DNA of 64,000 nt from Acidobacteriota bacterium (GCA_965209055.1 OZ242374.1:3072001-3136000), one strand, 5' to 3'. Positions 31,501 through 39,717 are shown, counted from the first letter of the stretch. Numbers and translations are program-made. Notes: a model not told the origin generated them from the sequence alone.

Positions 31501-32946
31501 CGAAACCGCCACCGGCTGGGCTGAGCCGGCACTCGTATGGCCGTTGGCGGAAACCCCGTCCGGCGCCTCGTGCTCTTCCACCACGAGATGGGCGTTCGTC
31601 CCGGAGATTCCGAAGCAGTTCACCCCCGCGAGCCGCGGCTGTCCAGGACTTCGCGGCCAGTCCATCATCTCCGACGTCACCCTCAGCGGCAGACGATCCC
31701 AGTCGACGCTCGGGTTGGGATTGTGGAAATGCAGATGCTTCGGAATGACACCCCGGTTCACCACCAGTGCCGCCTTGATCAGTCCGGCGACTCCTGCAGC
31801 CGACTCCAGGTGACCGATGTTGGTTTTTACGGAACCCATCAGAAGTGGCTGGTCGGTGTTGCGTCCCCTGCAGTAGACATCGGCCACGGCGTCGATCTCG
31901 ATGGGGTCGCCCACCGCCGTCCCGGTCCCGTGCGCCTCCAGGTATTCCACATCCGATGCGGCGACCCCGGCCTGTGAGAGCGCCTCCTCCATGACCGTAA
32001 CCAGCGCCGGTGTGTTCGGAACCGTCAGTCCCACACTGGCCCCGCCGTGGTTCACGGACGCACCCCGGATCACCGCCCAGATCCGATCGCCGTCGGCCTT
32101 CGCCTCGCTCAGGCGTTTGAGGACCACGATCCCGCAGCCCTCACCCCGCACGTAACCGTCCGCCGAAGCATCGAAGGTCTTGCACTGGCCGGCAGGGGAC
32201 AACATCATCGCTTCGGCTCGGAGTTCGTAAATGCGGCCGTTCAGGATGGCCTGCACACCGCCGGCAATGGCCAGATCCGCCTTGCCGTGCTGCAGATCCG
32301 CCACCGCGTCATGTATTGCCACCAGAGCCGACGCGCAGGCGGCGTCCACGGCCTTTGCCGGCCCCCTGAGGCCCAGTACGAAGGAGACCCGGCCGGCGGC
32401 ACCGTTCAGGTTCGTTCCGCTGAGGGCGTACAGGCATCCGGCAGCCTCGGAGGGTTTGGCCGATTCCACGACCAGCATGCGGTATTCGTCGTTGCTGATC
32501 CCCGCGTAGACGCCGGTGCGGCTCCCTTTCAAACGGTGCGGATCGATCCCCGCGTCCTCGAGAGCCTGCCAGCTCACCTCCAGCATCATGCGCTGCTGTG
32601 GGTCCAGCAGTTGAGCCTCCACCGGGGATATCCGGAAAAACGAGTCGTCGAACCGGTCGATGTCGTCCACGAAGGCGCCGAAACGGCAGCCTTCGCTCTG
32701 CACCGCATCGTCGCCGAAGATCTGGCCCCAGCGCCCGACCCCCGAACCGGGGACCCCTTCGCTGACGGCATTCCCGCCGGCTTCAAGCAGGCGCCAGAAG
32801 TCCGACAGGTTCGCCGCGCCGGGAAACCTGCATGCCATTCCCACGATGGCGATGGGCTCTCCGGAACTCATGCCCGTTCGGTTTTCCGCAGCATGTTCGT
32901 CGAGTGGTCTTTCTGACGGTCCTGAATCGCCGTCATGTCCCATCAT
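22555..32946 (-). CDS. supA: Type I PKS KS-AT-DH-cMT-ER-KR-ACP-KS-AT0 (SupA-like, sponge-symbiont ubiquitous PKS)
   Basis: KS1 DAACAS/HGTGT/GHLE; AT1 GHSIG...AFHS; DH HRVFG...PG; MT IEVGAGTG; ER HAGAGGVG; KR GGLGGIG; ACP GMDSL; KS2 LNCAS/HGVGS; AT2 GQGVG; no TE. Confidence 0.9.
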   Translation of the reverse strand: MMGHDGDSGPSERPLDEHAAENRTGMSSGEPIAIVGMACRFPGAANLSDFWRLLEAGGNAVSEGVPGSGVGRWGQIFGDDAVQSEGCRFGAFVDDIDRFDDSFFRISPVEAQLLDPQQRMMLEVSWQALEDAGIDPHRLKGSRTGVYAGISNDEYRMLVVESAKPSEAAGCLYALSGTNLNGAAGRVSFVLGLRGPAKAVDAACASALVAIHDAVADLQHGKADLAIAGGVQAILNGRIYELRAEAMMLSPAGQCKTFDASADGYVRGEGCGIVVLKRLSEAKADGDRIWAVIRGASVNHGGASVGLTVPNTPALVTVMEEALSQAGVAASDVEYLEAHGTGTAVGDPIEIDAVADVYCRGRNTDQPLLMGSVKTNIGHLESAAGVAGLIKAALVVNRGVIPKHLHFHNPNPSVDWDRLPLRVTSEMMDWPRSPGQPRLAGVNCFGISGTNAHLVVEEHEAPDGVSANGHTSAGSAQPVAVSLPGNMPGLQLPGSAAPRRTRFLPLSGKSDTALGELAERYLSWLDDQPGVSTEGAASGPTLSDMAWTAGVGRSHFDCRAGVVFRNASDLREQLTVLAGSVGDSVSKAAARVAFAYTGQGSQWAGMGRTLYETEPVVQAILDRCEAVFREEREASLLDTMFGRCGDDGTLGDTAWEQPALYALECALTGLWWSLGVRPAVVVGHSIGELAAAQAAGVFSLEDGMRFACTRGALMSEMAEGAMAAVFAPPARVAAAVEALQTTTSPLELNISADNGTHQVVSGTVTAIDAISERLESEGVRVRRLNTSKAFHSALVEPILDALETTLDGVAIQPPILSMVSNLTGRAVETARLLDGSYWRRHARQPVAFARGVRTLAGLGADLVIEIGPRSILAPMVLSAWPESAGTTAPGVVSSLRPPSGNAPGAESGGFVNAVAEAYEAGLPIRFEGLFAGESRRRISLPGYPFQRTRHWLEAPKRQSRTTGHPLLGIRHESARGETTFETEIFPSDPAWLDDHRVFGRIVAPGALYGAMAVSASLAEGRGPVILEEMQLHNALVLPEEGSENGTGEPGRTLQVVLSAAEGASSRGVRIYSKGSEGEWTVHVEGRTSPGASTPETARRIDLEGLKARLLPSDVAAYYRARAGTGVDLGPCFRTLRRLWSRAGEALGEVSFPEGLGRNGLDVHPLVLDGCFQVVGAARNLAGPHGSVTYLPFGWERLWLTTGKLPDRVFCHVRMSEASREADAEAGEPPEVLSGELRLYDPNGVLLGGLSGYTVKRATRAALLSAVEGVKDLLYEIVWRERALPPGLLSADFFPGPTSVKGASQMFSDYLTDAGVDPDDRDALLTDLERWSRSYALLTLDKLGWRRTVGAVVAPDDLRKQLNVIGEHKKLFRRMLEMLAKSGVLAEEGDRFVVLVGSGDPWPEGMPPEPEGHDTAMAGRFPHGLIEVGLFRRSAGALADVLRGQLDPLTLLFSSGDPTPADLYLKAPVARAANRMLKEAIQALVAALPDGRRLRVIEVGAGTGSATASVLPELPEGRFDYMYTDISAGFFAEAEERFGDAGGCIEYRPLDIEKDPVDQGFDAHGYDVLLASNVLHATRHLEETLGHCRQLLAPSGQLIALENLSGLGWMDLTFGQLDGWWRFADDYRPHHALASPAVWRRALGDAGFEEVEVLGVDESDAARTPDKGVIVARGPAEATEPRGVWVLGADRGGAAAKLATDLAARNQTVLLVDSESSGNGWPGTPGPGVFETPLDMGRRESWSSLIDSLPRDVPFNGMVHLAALDGHGAEATPEEIAADVRHAGASALAMVQGAADSDLTPVKGMWFLTRGAQVLERELGGELAGAALWGFGKGVAREAAHLQPRMIDLDPGERAAEPDLVNELMYPDPENHIAYRWGRRQIARLVRAESEAERLALPQEPGWVLAPDTSGVFDQPYVQPLPEHSLEPREVRISVEAAGLNFWDVFRSLGFIEEGRLGREMCGCVLDVGSDVSTVSAGDHVVGLGFGAFAPEMVTHEELVAPAPAGFSVTGLATVPSAFVSAALSFELSGLKAGERVLIHAGAGGVGLAAIQWVQAAGAEVFATASARKQAYLRSLGVEHVFDSRQTAFGKEILEATGGSGVDVVLNSLTGEGFIDASLSCLRHGGRFVEMARRDILSEDEMAAVRPDVPYSILELDVLKKTDPAWVGRVLRGVMERLAAGELKPIVHSRWPLAEAGAALSFMRSARHLGKIVVTTPPLMGNRLRRDRTYLVTGGLGGIGCAVARWLAERGAGAIVLNGRRAPEADAEEAIRALRERGATVQVELADVTDGNAVDAMLARVDRELPPLGGVIHSVGVLSDGALTNQTWERFETVLWPKILGAWHLHRATVDRDLDMFVLYSSRVGVMGNPGQANHAAANAFLDQLAGHRRAMGLPGQAIAWGAWSEIGEAAEQRERIDRQRSALGGRWFTPQQGLRAFDRLVRQDVTHSVVMSMDWSVFEEAVEDRPPLLEDLLSTTADAGGDASGSTRNVLSRLRESPVVEREEVLVAFLQAEVQSVLRLPSEPAPTVGFFDLGMDSLMAVELRNRLNRAFAEEYTASNTIVFDYPDIATLARHLSEELAQVEGETVPEPQPGPEQRPAYQAEGDAIAIVGMACRFPGAPDHEAFWRQLEAGADAVTDRRPGSDNWSNLAGDLPPEYAAYCRGGFVEEIETFDARFFRVAPIEARMMDPRQRMLLETSWQALEDAGIDPASLRGSRTGVYAGIATSEYRDLMAKNDYGVSYLGNAASMTVGRVAFHLGLEGPTIPVELNCASSLVAVHHAVASLRQDEVDLALVGGVSAILSPEITRAMADMGMLSKAGRCNAFDASADGFVRGEGCGMVVLKRLERAQADGDRIWGVILGSAVNQNGASAGPTVPNGPAQERVIEEALSRSGVSPPDVDYLEAHGVGSALGDPIEVQAAAAVYGKGREADSPLLIGSVKGNIGHLETAAGVAGLIKVLLAMKQGVIPKQLHFNNPNPNVEWDRLPVKVTSEATDWPRHADRPPRAAISAFGVSGANSHIVVEGYGTTNGDDSNSGSPPAGSGRTVAVSLPEPLSDLPLPEQGEFRARGLRLLPLSGKSGGALRKLAGRYASWFDERTGELTSSAAEEAMLADMAWTAGLGRSHFDYRAAVVFHDAPSLRTGLKAIAEGNESPEPATAKKVAFVFTGEGSQWIGMGQALYDSEPVVRAVLNRCDEMLREQRGYSLLDVMFGRSDPGGDSDQASWAQPAVYALECALAALWSSVGIQPRVVFGQGVGELAAAQAAAVMSLEEGLRLATARIPLPATRPQGRAAAPGLENPDALLRGTTFAPPSCAVVSGATGRVMEPTEAADGEYWRRQTNEPARFGNCVRTLKRLGVDAILEIGPDAILGPKVVRSWSHPPGGESNRAPAVLRSMRRPSGKESANECDGCFVEAVAGVYEAGLAVSFAGLFAGEVRRRISLPVYPFQRRHYWFRAPRQSASTS

Positions 32947-32966
32947 GTTCTCCCCTCTGGCGCAGA

Positions 32967-33563
32967 CTATGACTCTTCAGGCGGCGGCATGGCCACCTTG
33001 ACCTGGGCCGCCCTCAGGAGCTTGTCCCGGATGAGATAACCGGGCCGGTACTCCTCGAGCACGGTGCCTTCCTCATGGTCCCGGGTGAACTCCCGCAGCA
33101 CCGCCTCGTGGACCCTGGGGTCGAACTGGCTGCCGACTCCGGGAGCGGTCGTCACCTGGAACTTCTCCAACAAGGCCTTCATCTGCTCGGCGAACAGCCG
33201 GTAGCCCTCCAGGTACGGCGTGAAGGCAGGGTCCGGATCGGCCGCCGACAGGATCTCCAATCCCTTGGCACAGGCGTCCAGTATGGGAAGCAGCTCCAAC
33301 ACCAGGTCGGACTGTCCCTGAACCCGCGCTTCGAACCGGTTCTTCTCCGTCCGCTTGCGGTAGTTGTCGAACTCAGCCTGTTTCCGGAGCAGCAGATCGT
33401 AGTATTCGTCGCGTTGCCGGGCGAGGTCCTCGAGAGCCTCTTCGTAGACCGACTCGGCGGTCTCTTCCGAAGTGGAGTCCTCCGGCGGCAATTCCCGGTC
33501 TTCTTCGTCCCGGGTGTCTTCAATCTGATTCTGGATGTCTTCCGGTCGTTCCATGGTCATCAA
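32967..33563 (-). CDS. grpE: Nucleotide exchange factor GrpE
   Basis: LRKQAEFDNYRKR, FDPRVHEAV and GY...LLRAAQVKV. Confidence 0.96.
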   Translation of the reverse strand: MMTMERPEDIQNQIEDTRDEEDRELPPEDSTSEETAESVYEEALEDLARQRDEYYDLLLRKQAEFDNYRKRTEKNRFEARVQGQSDLVLELLPILDACAKGLEILSAADPDPAFTPYLEGYRLFAEQMKALLEKFQVTTAPGVGSQFDPRVHEAVLREFTRDHEEGTVLEEYRPGYLIRDKLLRAAQVKVAMPPPEES

Positions 33564-33698
33564 CTCTTCGTCGTCGTTAAGATGGCGCCGATCGTAACAG
33601 CCGAACGTTGCAATTCAGCGGTAATCGTATCCGGCTGGCTGCGGTTCGGAACCGGCCCTGCGGTTCAGGGCACAGGTTGGTGGTATGACGGAGGCGGC

Positions 33699-34766
33699 TC
33701 AGGCCCCGCTCAGGATCTGACCGAAGAGCCGGGCCACATAGCCGACCAAGCTGATCCCCCTGTCGTACTTCATCCGCCTGGGGCCGAGAATCCCCAAGCT
33801 GCCCGCCACACGTTCCCGGTAGAGATAGGGTGAGGAAATCATGGCCCATCCCCGCATCTCGGGGATATGGCGATCCAGATCCAGCGTCACACTCGGAGCG
33901 GGTTGGTCCGCATCAAGGCGCTCGGTGAGAACCTCGGCCAATCGGCTCTTTTTCTCCATGGTTCTGAACAGGCCGGCCGCCCGGTCCTGATCGTTCAACT
34001 CCGGTTGTCGAAGCAGCCGCGAGGTCCCGCCGAAATAGACTTGGGAATCACTCCCCGGGTTACGCCTCGACCTGACCAGACTGGCCGTCCCCAGGCGGAT
34101 GGCGTCGTTGCGGGGACGGCTGTCCTGCGCGGTACGGGACTCGAGCCTCCGCAGTTCGCGGCGGATCTGGGAAAGGGTCTGTCCCTCGAATTGGTCTTGG
34201 AGGCAGACGCCGGCGCGGTCCAGGTCCTCCTGGCTCAGGCGGCGGCCGGTCGCGATCAGACGGCTCTGAACCAACCCCGCTCGAGTCACGAGTATGGCCA
34301 AAATCCGGCGGGACGAGATCCTGACAAACTCGATCCGTTTCAGGACCGACACCGACTGAGGCGGGGCCATGACGAACCCCAGATTGTTGGAAAGCCGGGA
34401 AAGAATCTGGGACGTCTGGATCATGAGATCGCCGGGGTCCGTCTCCTGCTCCAGCATCTCCCGGATGCGGGCCACCTGGCGGTTGGGCAGGTCCGGAATC
34501 CGCTCCAAGCCATCGACATGGAACTGGATCGCTTTGCTCGTGGGGACCCTTCCCGCGGACGTGTGCGGTTGATTCAGGAATCCTGCCTGCTCCAGCCGGG
34601 CCATCAGGGCTCGAATGGTAGCGGGACTGATCCCCTCCTGATGGAGAGACGCCAACCTCTTGGAGCCGACCGGAAGGCCGGTTCGAATGTACTCGAGGAC
34701 CAGCAGCTGAAGCAGTTGGTGAGCGCGTTGAGTGAGTTCCGCGGAAGGCTTACTCTTCGTCATCAC
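33699..34766 (-). CDS. hrcA: Heat-inducible transcription repressor HrcA
   Basis: YIRTG.PVGS, SPATIR..M..LE..G.L.QPHTSAGRVPT and GILGP.RM.Y. Confidence 0.93.
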   Translation of the reverse strand: MMTKSKPSAELTQRAHQLLQLLVLEYIRTGLPVGSKRLASLHQEGISPATIRALMARLEQAGFLNQPHTSAGRVPTSKAIQFHVDGLERIPDLPNRQVARIREMLEQETDPGDLMIQTSQILSRLSNNLGFVMAPPQSVSVLKRIEFVRISSRRILAILVTRAGLVQSRLIATGRRLSQEDLDRAGVCLQDQFEGQTLSQIRRELRRLESRTAQDSRPRNDAIRLGTASLVRSRRNPGSDSQVYFGGTSRLLRQPELNDQDRAAGLFRTMEKKSRLAEVLTERLDADQPAPSVTLDLDRHIPEMRGWAMISSPYLYRERVAGSLGILGPRRMKYDRGISLVGYVARLFGQILSGA

Positions 34767-34799
34767 GAGCCGGCAAATCTGTCGCGAATCGCCGGGATT

Positions 34800-35603
34800 T
34801 TATAGCACAACGGCTTGGCCGGAGGCAATGCCCAGAGACCACTCCCGGGAGTCGTCGATCGTCTCTTGGAAGCGGATGCCGAACACCTTCTGAAAGCCCC
34901 GAATCAGCGCCTGGGACAGATCGTCGAAGGAGACCGGACGGCCGGCGGCTTCCGACACGCCGATGGTCTTCGACCTGAGAAACTCCGCGTCGACTCCCAG
35001 GGCGGCGGCCATGAGATCGTAGTGAATCACCAAGGGAATCGAACCATGCTGCAGAAAGCTGCGCTTCGTCTTCTTCTGGGCGCTCCCCACCATCTTTCTG
35101 GCGCCATGGACGAGCTCATGCCGTGAAGGGGCCACGAAACAGGGCTTCTGGGCCCGTGACAAGGCCCTGTCCAGGAGCGTGTCTCCCGGCGCCGCGGCGG
35201 GGCGAATTCCCAGCCGGGACAACCCGGTTCGCAAGGCCGACGAAATCCTGCCGTGGATCCTCCGGACGCTCTGCAGCGGAAAATGACGTCTGTCGTTGGA
35301 GGTCACCATGTAGGTGAGTTCGTCGTGGTGGAACACGGCGCGGCCGCCGGTGGGACGACGGACCCAGGGGATGCCGTGGGCTTGGCAATAATCCCTGGCG
35401 AAGGCCAGCTCGGGTGTCTGATGACAACCCAGCGAGACGGTCGGTTCCCTCCAGCCGTAGAAACGGACCAGTGTCACGGGGCGGCGGCTGCGCTCCGTGA
35501 AGTGCTGCAGGCGCCGGTCGATCCGCATGTTGGAAGCGCCGTCCAGTGACGGACTCACCACGCAGAACCAATCTTGGGAGGCCACGATGTCAGTCGGAGT
35601 CAA
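34800..35603 (-). CDS. Lipoate-protein ligase / octanoyltransferase (LplA/LipM family)
   Basis: NM.ID, RFYGW..PTVSLG, VRRPTGGRAV.H, KMVGSAQ and LQHGSI; start uncertain. Confidence 0.9.
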   Translation of the reverse strand: MTPTDIVASQDWFCVVSPSLDGASNMRIDRRLQHFTERSRRPVTLVRFYGWREPTVSLGCHQTPELAFARDYCQAHGIPWVRRPTGGRAVFHHDELTYMVTSNDRRHFPLQSVRRIHGRISSALRTGLSRLGIRPAAAPGDTLLDRALSRAQKPCFVAPSRHELVHGARKMVGSAQKKTKRSFLQHGSIPLVIHYDLMAAALGVDAEFLRSKTIGVSEAAGRPVSFDDLSQALIRGFQKVFGIRFQETIDDSREWSLGIASGQAVVL

Positions 35604-35635
35604 TGGGACGAGCCCTTGGCCGGGCCGCAGGCCGG

Positions 35636-35673
35636 TCCGGGGAGGATCCAACGGCGGGTGGATCCTCCCCGGA
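35636..35673. terminator. Perfect 15-bp GC-rich hairpin downstream of degP
   Basis: TCCGGGGAGGATCCA, 8-nt loop, TGGATCCTCCCCGGA; no U-tract, so it may be a stabiliser or REP rather than an intrinsic terminator. Confidence 0.45.
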
Positions 35674-35699
35674 TGGCCGCGCGGGGATGGAGGCCGTCC

Positions 35700-37331
35700 T
35701 CAGGGTTTGCGAAACGAGACGTAACGCACGGATGGTTTTCGGTTCTGATTGATGCTGATGACACGGAGGATGATGGCTTCGTCGGACCCGATTTCGTCGA
35801 TGGTCTCCTTGAACTCCCGATCGGTCTGCACCGCTTCTCCGTTCACGTGGGTGATGATGTCGAAACGCCTCAGGCCTGCCTCGTCACCGAGACTGCCGGG
35901 CCAGATTTCGGTGATGAAGACTCCACCCTCCTCGTCCAGGCCCAGTTGGTCGGAATCACGGGGATTCAACGTCCGCCACCGCAGTCCGATCTCTTTGCGC
36001 CGTTTTTCCTGGTCCTCCTCCTCTTCGAAGGAAAGTCCTCCGGCCTCCGACCGTTCCTGAGCCTCCATGGTGCGTTCCGCCAGCATCACCGTGAAGTTCT
36101 TCACTTCACCCCGGCGAACCACGACCACGGGAAGCGCGTCGCCGGGGGGAGTGTTGGCCACGGTCACACGCAGGTCGAAGTTGTTTTCCACCTCCTGGTC
36201 TCCCAGCCTCACGATGATGTCCTCTTCCCGGATACCTGCGTCGTATGCCGGTCCGGTCTGGTTCGGCTCGCCTCTCTCATCCACCAATTGCGTGACCAGC
36301 ACGCCGTCACCGTCCTTGATTCCCTCCGGATCCTCGCCGGACACTCCGAAATATTCGGCCATCTCCGGGTTCAAGGGCCGGTCGTTCATGGAGATCCCCA
36401 TCCAGCCCCGTTCGATCTTCCCCTTGCTCACGAGCTGGTTGTAGGAGTTGACGAAGACTGTGGACGGGATGGCGAACCCGACCCCCTGCGATCCGCGGGA
36501 ACCGGAGACGATGAGCGTGTTGATTCCCACCACCTCACCCGACATGTTCACCAGCGGGCCGCCGCTGTTGCCCGGATTGATGGCGGCGTCAGTCTGAATG
36601 AAGTCCCCGAACGCCGTTGCCATGACCGGACCGCCGATGACTCGCGCCGTCGCCGAGACGATCCCCGCGGTGATGGTCTTGCCCACGCCGAAAGGATTGC
36701 CGATGGCCAGCACCCACTCGCCGATCCGAAGGTCGGTGGCATCGCCTACCGGGACGAAGGGCAGAGGTTCCGGAGCCTCGATCTTGATCACCGCAAGGTC
36801 CGACTCGTGATCGACGCCCACGACCACGGCAGTGTGGGTCTCCCCCGTATGGAGGGTCACGGAGATCTTGTCGGCCACCCGCCGCCCACCTGTCTCCTGG
36901 ACCGGCGCGATCACATGGTGGTTGGAGAGGATGTATCCCTGGTTGTCGACGATCACCCCCGAGCCCAGGCTGGTCCGCCGGGCCGGTCCCCGGGGCATGC
37001 GGTTCCAGAACTCGTCTCCGAAGAATTCCCGCAACTCCCTCTGGCGCCGCTCCATGTTGACGATGGAGGTGGTGTTGATGTTGACGACCGCCGCCTCCAC
37101 CGACTCGGCCACCCGGGTGAAACCTTCCGTCAAACTGCCGGCGTTGGCCGCGGCAAGCGGTTTTCCCCGTCCCTCAGGAGTCTTCAGCCGGGACTGCGGC
37201 TCTTTCTCCGTGCTGGAGACACCGTCCAGAACGAGCACGGTTCCGATGGCGATGCCCACGACCAAAGCGGCCAGGACGGCGAGAAATCCGACACCGGTCC
37301 GGTATCGAAAAAGGGTGTATCGCAAGGTCAT
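35700..37331 (-). CDS. degP: HtrA/DegP serine protease with two PDZ domains
   Basis: N-terminal TM, SLGSGVI, SNHHV, DLAVIK, IQTDAAINPGNSGGPL and two PDZ domains. Confidence 0.93.
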   Translation of the reverse strand: MTLRYTLFRYRTGVGFLAVLAALVVGIAIGTVLVLDGVSSTEKEPQSRLKTPEGRGKPLAAANAGSLTEGFTRVAESVEAAVVNINTTSIVNMERRQRELREFFGDEFWNRMPRGPARRTSLGSGVIVDNQGYILSNHHVIAPVQETGGRRVADKISVTLHTGETHTAVVVGVDHESDLAVIKIEAPEPLPFVPVGDATDLRIGEWVLAIGNPFGVGKTITAGIVSATARVIGGPVMATAFGDFIQTDAAINPGNSGGPLVNMSGEVVGINTLIVSGSRGSQGVGFAIPSTVFVNSYNQLVSKGKIERGWMGISMNDRPLNPEMAEYFGVSGEDPEGIKDGDGVLVTQLVDERGEPNQTGPAYDAGIREEDIIVRLGDQEVENNFDLRVTVANTPPGDALPVVVVRRGEVKNFTVMLAERTMEAQERSEAGGLSFEEEEDQEKRRKEIGLRWRTLNPRDSDQLGLDEEGGVFITEIWPGSLGDEAGLRRFDIITHVNGEAVQTDREFKETIDEIGSDEAIILRVISINQNRKPSVRYVSFRKP

Positions 37332-37446
37332 GCTTCTATTCCTCCGCTCGAATTCGAATCGCGATCGACTGTCTCTTCTTTCGTAAGGTTATACGCTGGC
37401 TCTCCGGCCGGGGTTCACATTCTGACGGCGATACTCCCGCCCCCGG

Positions 37447-39618
37447 TCAGACCAGCCTGACCCTCGCATATCTCTGGTAGAACTTCTTGATGCCCCGCCC
37501 TGAGAACGAGACGGTCAGCTTGAGATCGTTTCCGGCTGGCTGAACCTGCAAGACGATTCCGCGCCCGTAGTCGCGATGCTCGACTCTGGCGCCCGGTGTA
37601 AGGCTCCGGCTCATGGAACTGCCGTCCGTCCCTTCCGGTCCGGGACTCGGGGCCCCGGATCGTCCCGGAGAGCGACCGGCGCCCCAAAGCTGGGCCTGTG
37701 ACCATTCGGGTCCGGAGTATCGCACCAGGCGGCGGGGAATTTCCGACAGGAAGCTGCTCGCCTGGCGGCGTTCCTCCAGGTCTCCCCCCCACATCCTCCG
37801 GGTGCGGGCGAGGGTGAGGATCAGGCGCTTCCGGGCCCGGGTCATGCCCACGTAGCACAGCCGCCGTTCTTCCTCCACATTCCCCTCCGCCAGCGATCGG
37901 GTGTGGGGCAGCAGCTTTTCTTCCAGTCCTACCAGGAAGACGATGGGAAACTCCAATCCCTTGGCGTTGTGGAGCGTCATCAGCGTGACCGGGGCCGCCT
38001 CGTCGTAATCGTCCGCTTCCGACCGGAGCGCGGTCTCGTCCAGGAACTCCTGGAGGCTCCGGCCGGAATCCACATGGTCGCGAGCGACGCTCAGGAGTTC
38101 CTGCAGGTTCATCAGCCGGTTGTTGGCCTCTTCCGAATCTTCTCGTTCCAGTTTCCGGACGTATCCGCTGGAATGCAGGATCTGTTCCAAGATGCTGTGC
38201 AGTGGCTGCTCCAGGTCGATCCACCGCTGCCATTGGCCCACGAGAGCGACGAAACGTTCCAGGACGTTTCGCAATCTGCGGGGCGCATCCTCCTGTTCGG
38301 CCTCCCGGCAAACGGCGTCCCAGAGCGAGTCGCCGCTTCGCGCCGCTCCCAGGCGGAGGCGGGCCAGGCTCTGTGCGCCGATGCCTCTCGGAGGAGTGTT
38401 GATGATCCGCTCCAGCGCCAGGTTGTCCCTGGGATTGCGGGCGACCCTCAGGTAGGCGAGGGCGTCCCGGACCTCCTTCCGCTTGTAGAAGCTCACACCT
38501 CCTACCAGACGGAATGGGAGGCCGAAGCGGTTCAAAGTATCCTCGAACTGCCGGGACAGAAAATTGATGCGATACAGGACGGCGATCCCCGTCTCTCCCT
38601 GTTGAAGGTAGCGTTCGATCCTCCGGCACACGAACAGCGATTCCGCGTGAGAGCTGTCCGCCGAATGGACCTCGACCGGCTCTCCGCGGGGATTCTCCGT
38701 CCAGAGCCGTTTCGGCTTTCTCTCCGAGTTGTGAGAGACCACCGCCGTGGCGGCGTCCAGGATGCTCTGGCGGGAACGGTAGTTCTGTTCCAGCTTGACC
38801 ACGACCGCTCCGGGAAAGTCCTCCTCGAAGCTGAGAATGTTGCCGATGTCGGCTCCCCGAAAGGCGTAGATGGACTGGTCCTCGTCACCCACGGCAGTCA
38901 CGTTCCGGTGGGTCGAGGCCAGATGGCGCACCAGGGCGTATTGGCTGGCGTTGGTGTCCTGGTATTCGTCGATGAGGAGATACCGGTACCGGTTCGACCA
39001 GGCCTCCCGGATTTCGGGCTGTTCCCGGAAGAGTCTGTCGGCAAGCAGAATCAGGTCGTCGAAGTCCATGGCGTTGGACTTCTCCAGATGCTCCTGATAG
39101 TGCGCCATCACCGGCTCCAGTCCCTCGCGGCCGTAGGGATCATCGTCGAAACGGAAATCGTAGACTCGCCTCCGGCTCCGGTTTTTCCTCTTGCTGATGA
39201 GGCTTCGGATCCTGCGCACCGGCGAACTGATGCCCGCGTCGGCGCAGATCTTCTTGAGAATGGCGTTCTGATCGTCCGTGTCGCAGATGGCGAAGTCCCG
39301 GCCGTAGCCCAGGTGTTCGGCGTGCCGGCGCAGAACCCGGACGCAGAAGGAATGAAAGGTTGAAAGCCTCGGGACCCGGTCCGGTCCCTGCAGCAGGCCT
39401 TCCACCCGAAGACGCATTTCCTCGGCCGCCTTGTTGGTGAAGGTGACCCCCAGGATCTCCCAGGGACGGCATATCCCCTGGTGGATCAGGTGGGCGATCT
39501 TGCAGGTGATGACCCGCGTCTTTCCGCTTCCGGCGCCGGCCACCACGAGCATGGGACCATCGGTCGTGGTGACGGCCAGCTTCTGCCGGTCGTTCAGACT
39601 TTGGAGATAGTCGTCCAT
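37447..39618 (-). CDS. uvrD: UvrD/PcrA SF1 DNA helicase
   Basis: AGAGSGKT, TFTNKAA, DEYQDTN, VGDEDQSIY.FRGA, LEQNYRS, TLHNAKGLEF and EERRLCYV.MTRA. Confidence 0.95.
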   Translation of the reverse strand: MDDYLQSLNDRQKLAVTTTDGPMLVVAGAGSGKTRVITCKIAHLIHQGICRPWEILGVTFTNKAAEEMRLRVEGLLQGPDRVPRLSTFHSFCVRVLRRHAEHLGYGRDFAICDTDDQNAILKKICADAGISSPVRRIRSLISKRKNRSRRRVYDFRFDDDPYGREGLEPVMAHYQEHLEKSNAMDFDDLILLADRLFREQPEIREAWSNRYRYLLIDEYQDTNASQYALVRHLASTHRNVTAVGDEDQSIYAFRGADIGNILSFEEDFPGAVVVKLEQNYRSRQSILDAATAVVSHNSERKPKRLWTENPRGEPVEVHSADSSHAESLFVCRRIERYLQQGETGIAVLYRINFLSRQFEDTLNRFGLPFRLVGGVSFYKRKEVRDALAYLRVARNPRDNLALERIINTPPRGIGAQSLARLRLGAARSGDSLWDAVCREAEQEDAPRRLRNVLERFVALVGQWQRWIDLEQPLHSILEQILHSSGYVRKLEREDSEEANNRLMNLQELLSVARDHVDSGRSLQEFLDETALRSEADDYDEAAPVTLMTLHNAKGLEFPIVFLVGLEEKLLPHTRSLAEGNVEEERRLCYVGMTRARKRLILTLARTRRMWGGDLEERRQASSFLSEIPRRLVRYSGPEWSQAQLWGAGRSPGRSGAPSPGPEGTDGSSMSRSLTPGARVEHRDYGRGIVLQVQPAGNDLKLTVSFSGRGIKKFYQRYARVRLV

Positions 39619-39677
39619 GGAACGCGGGTTCTCCGTCGCCGTGGCCGCGGGCAGGGCCGGCCCACGACGATCAGAAT

Positions 39678-39717
39678 GAAGAAAGGGCCGGGAAAGCGTC
39701 GTGCTGTCCCGGCCCTT
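39678..39717 (-). terminator. Probable intrinsic terminator after the TPR gene
   Basis: AAGGGCCGGGA...TCCCGGCCCTT stem, followed on the minus strand by TTTCTTC. Confidence 0.55.

Noticed and set aside
33564-34800. CIRCE operator expected near hrcA/grpE/dnaJ
   Set aside because: No TTAGCACTC-N9-GAGTGCTAA match found by eye; the sigma32-like CGCCATCT upstream of grpE has wrong spacing to a -35
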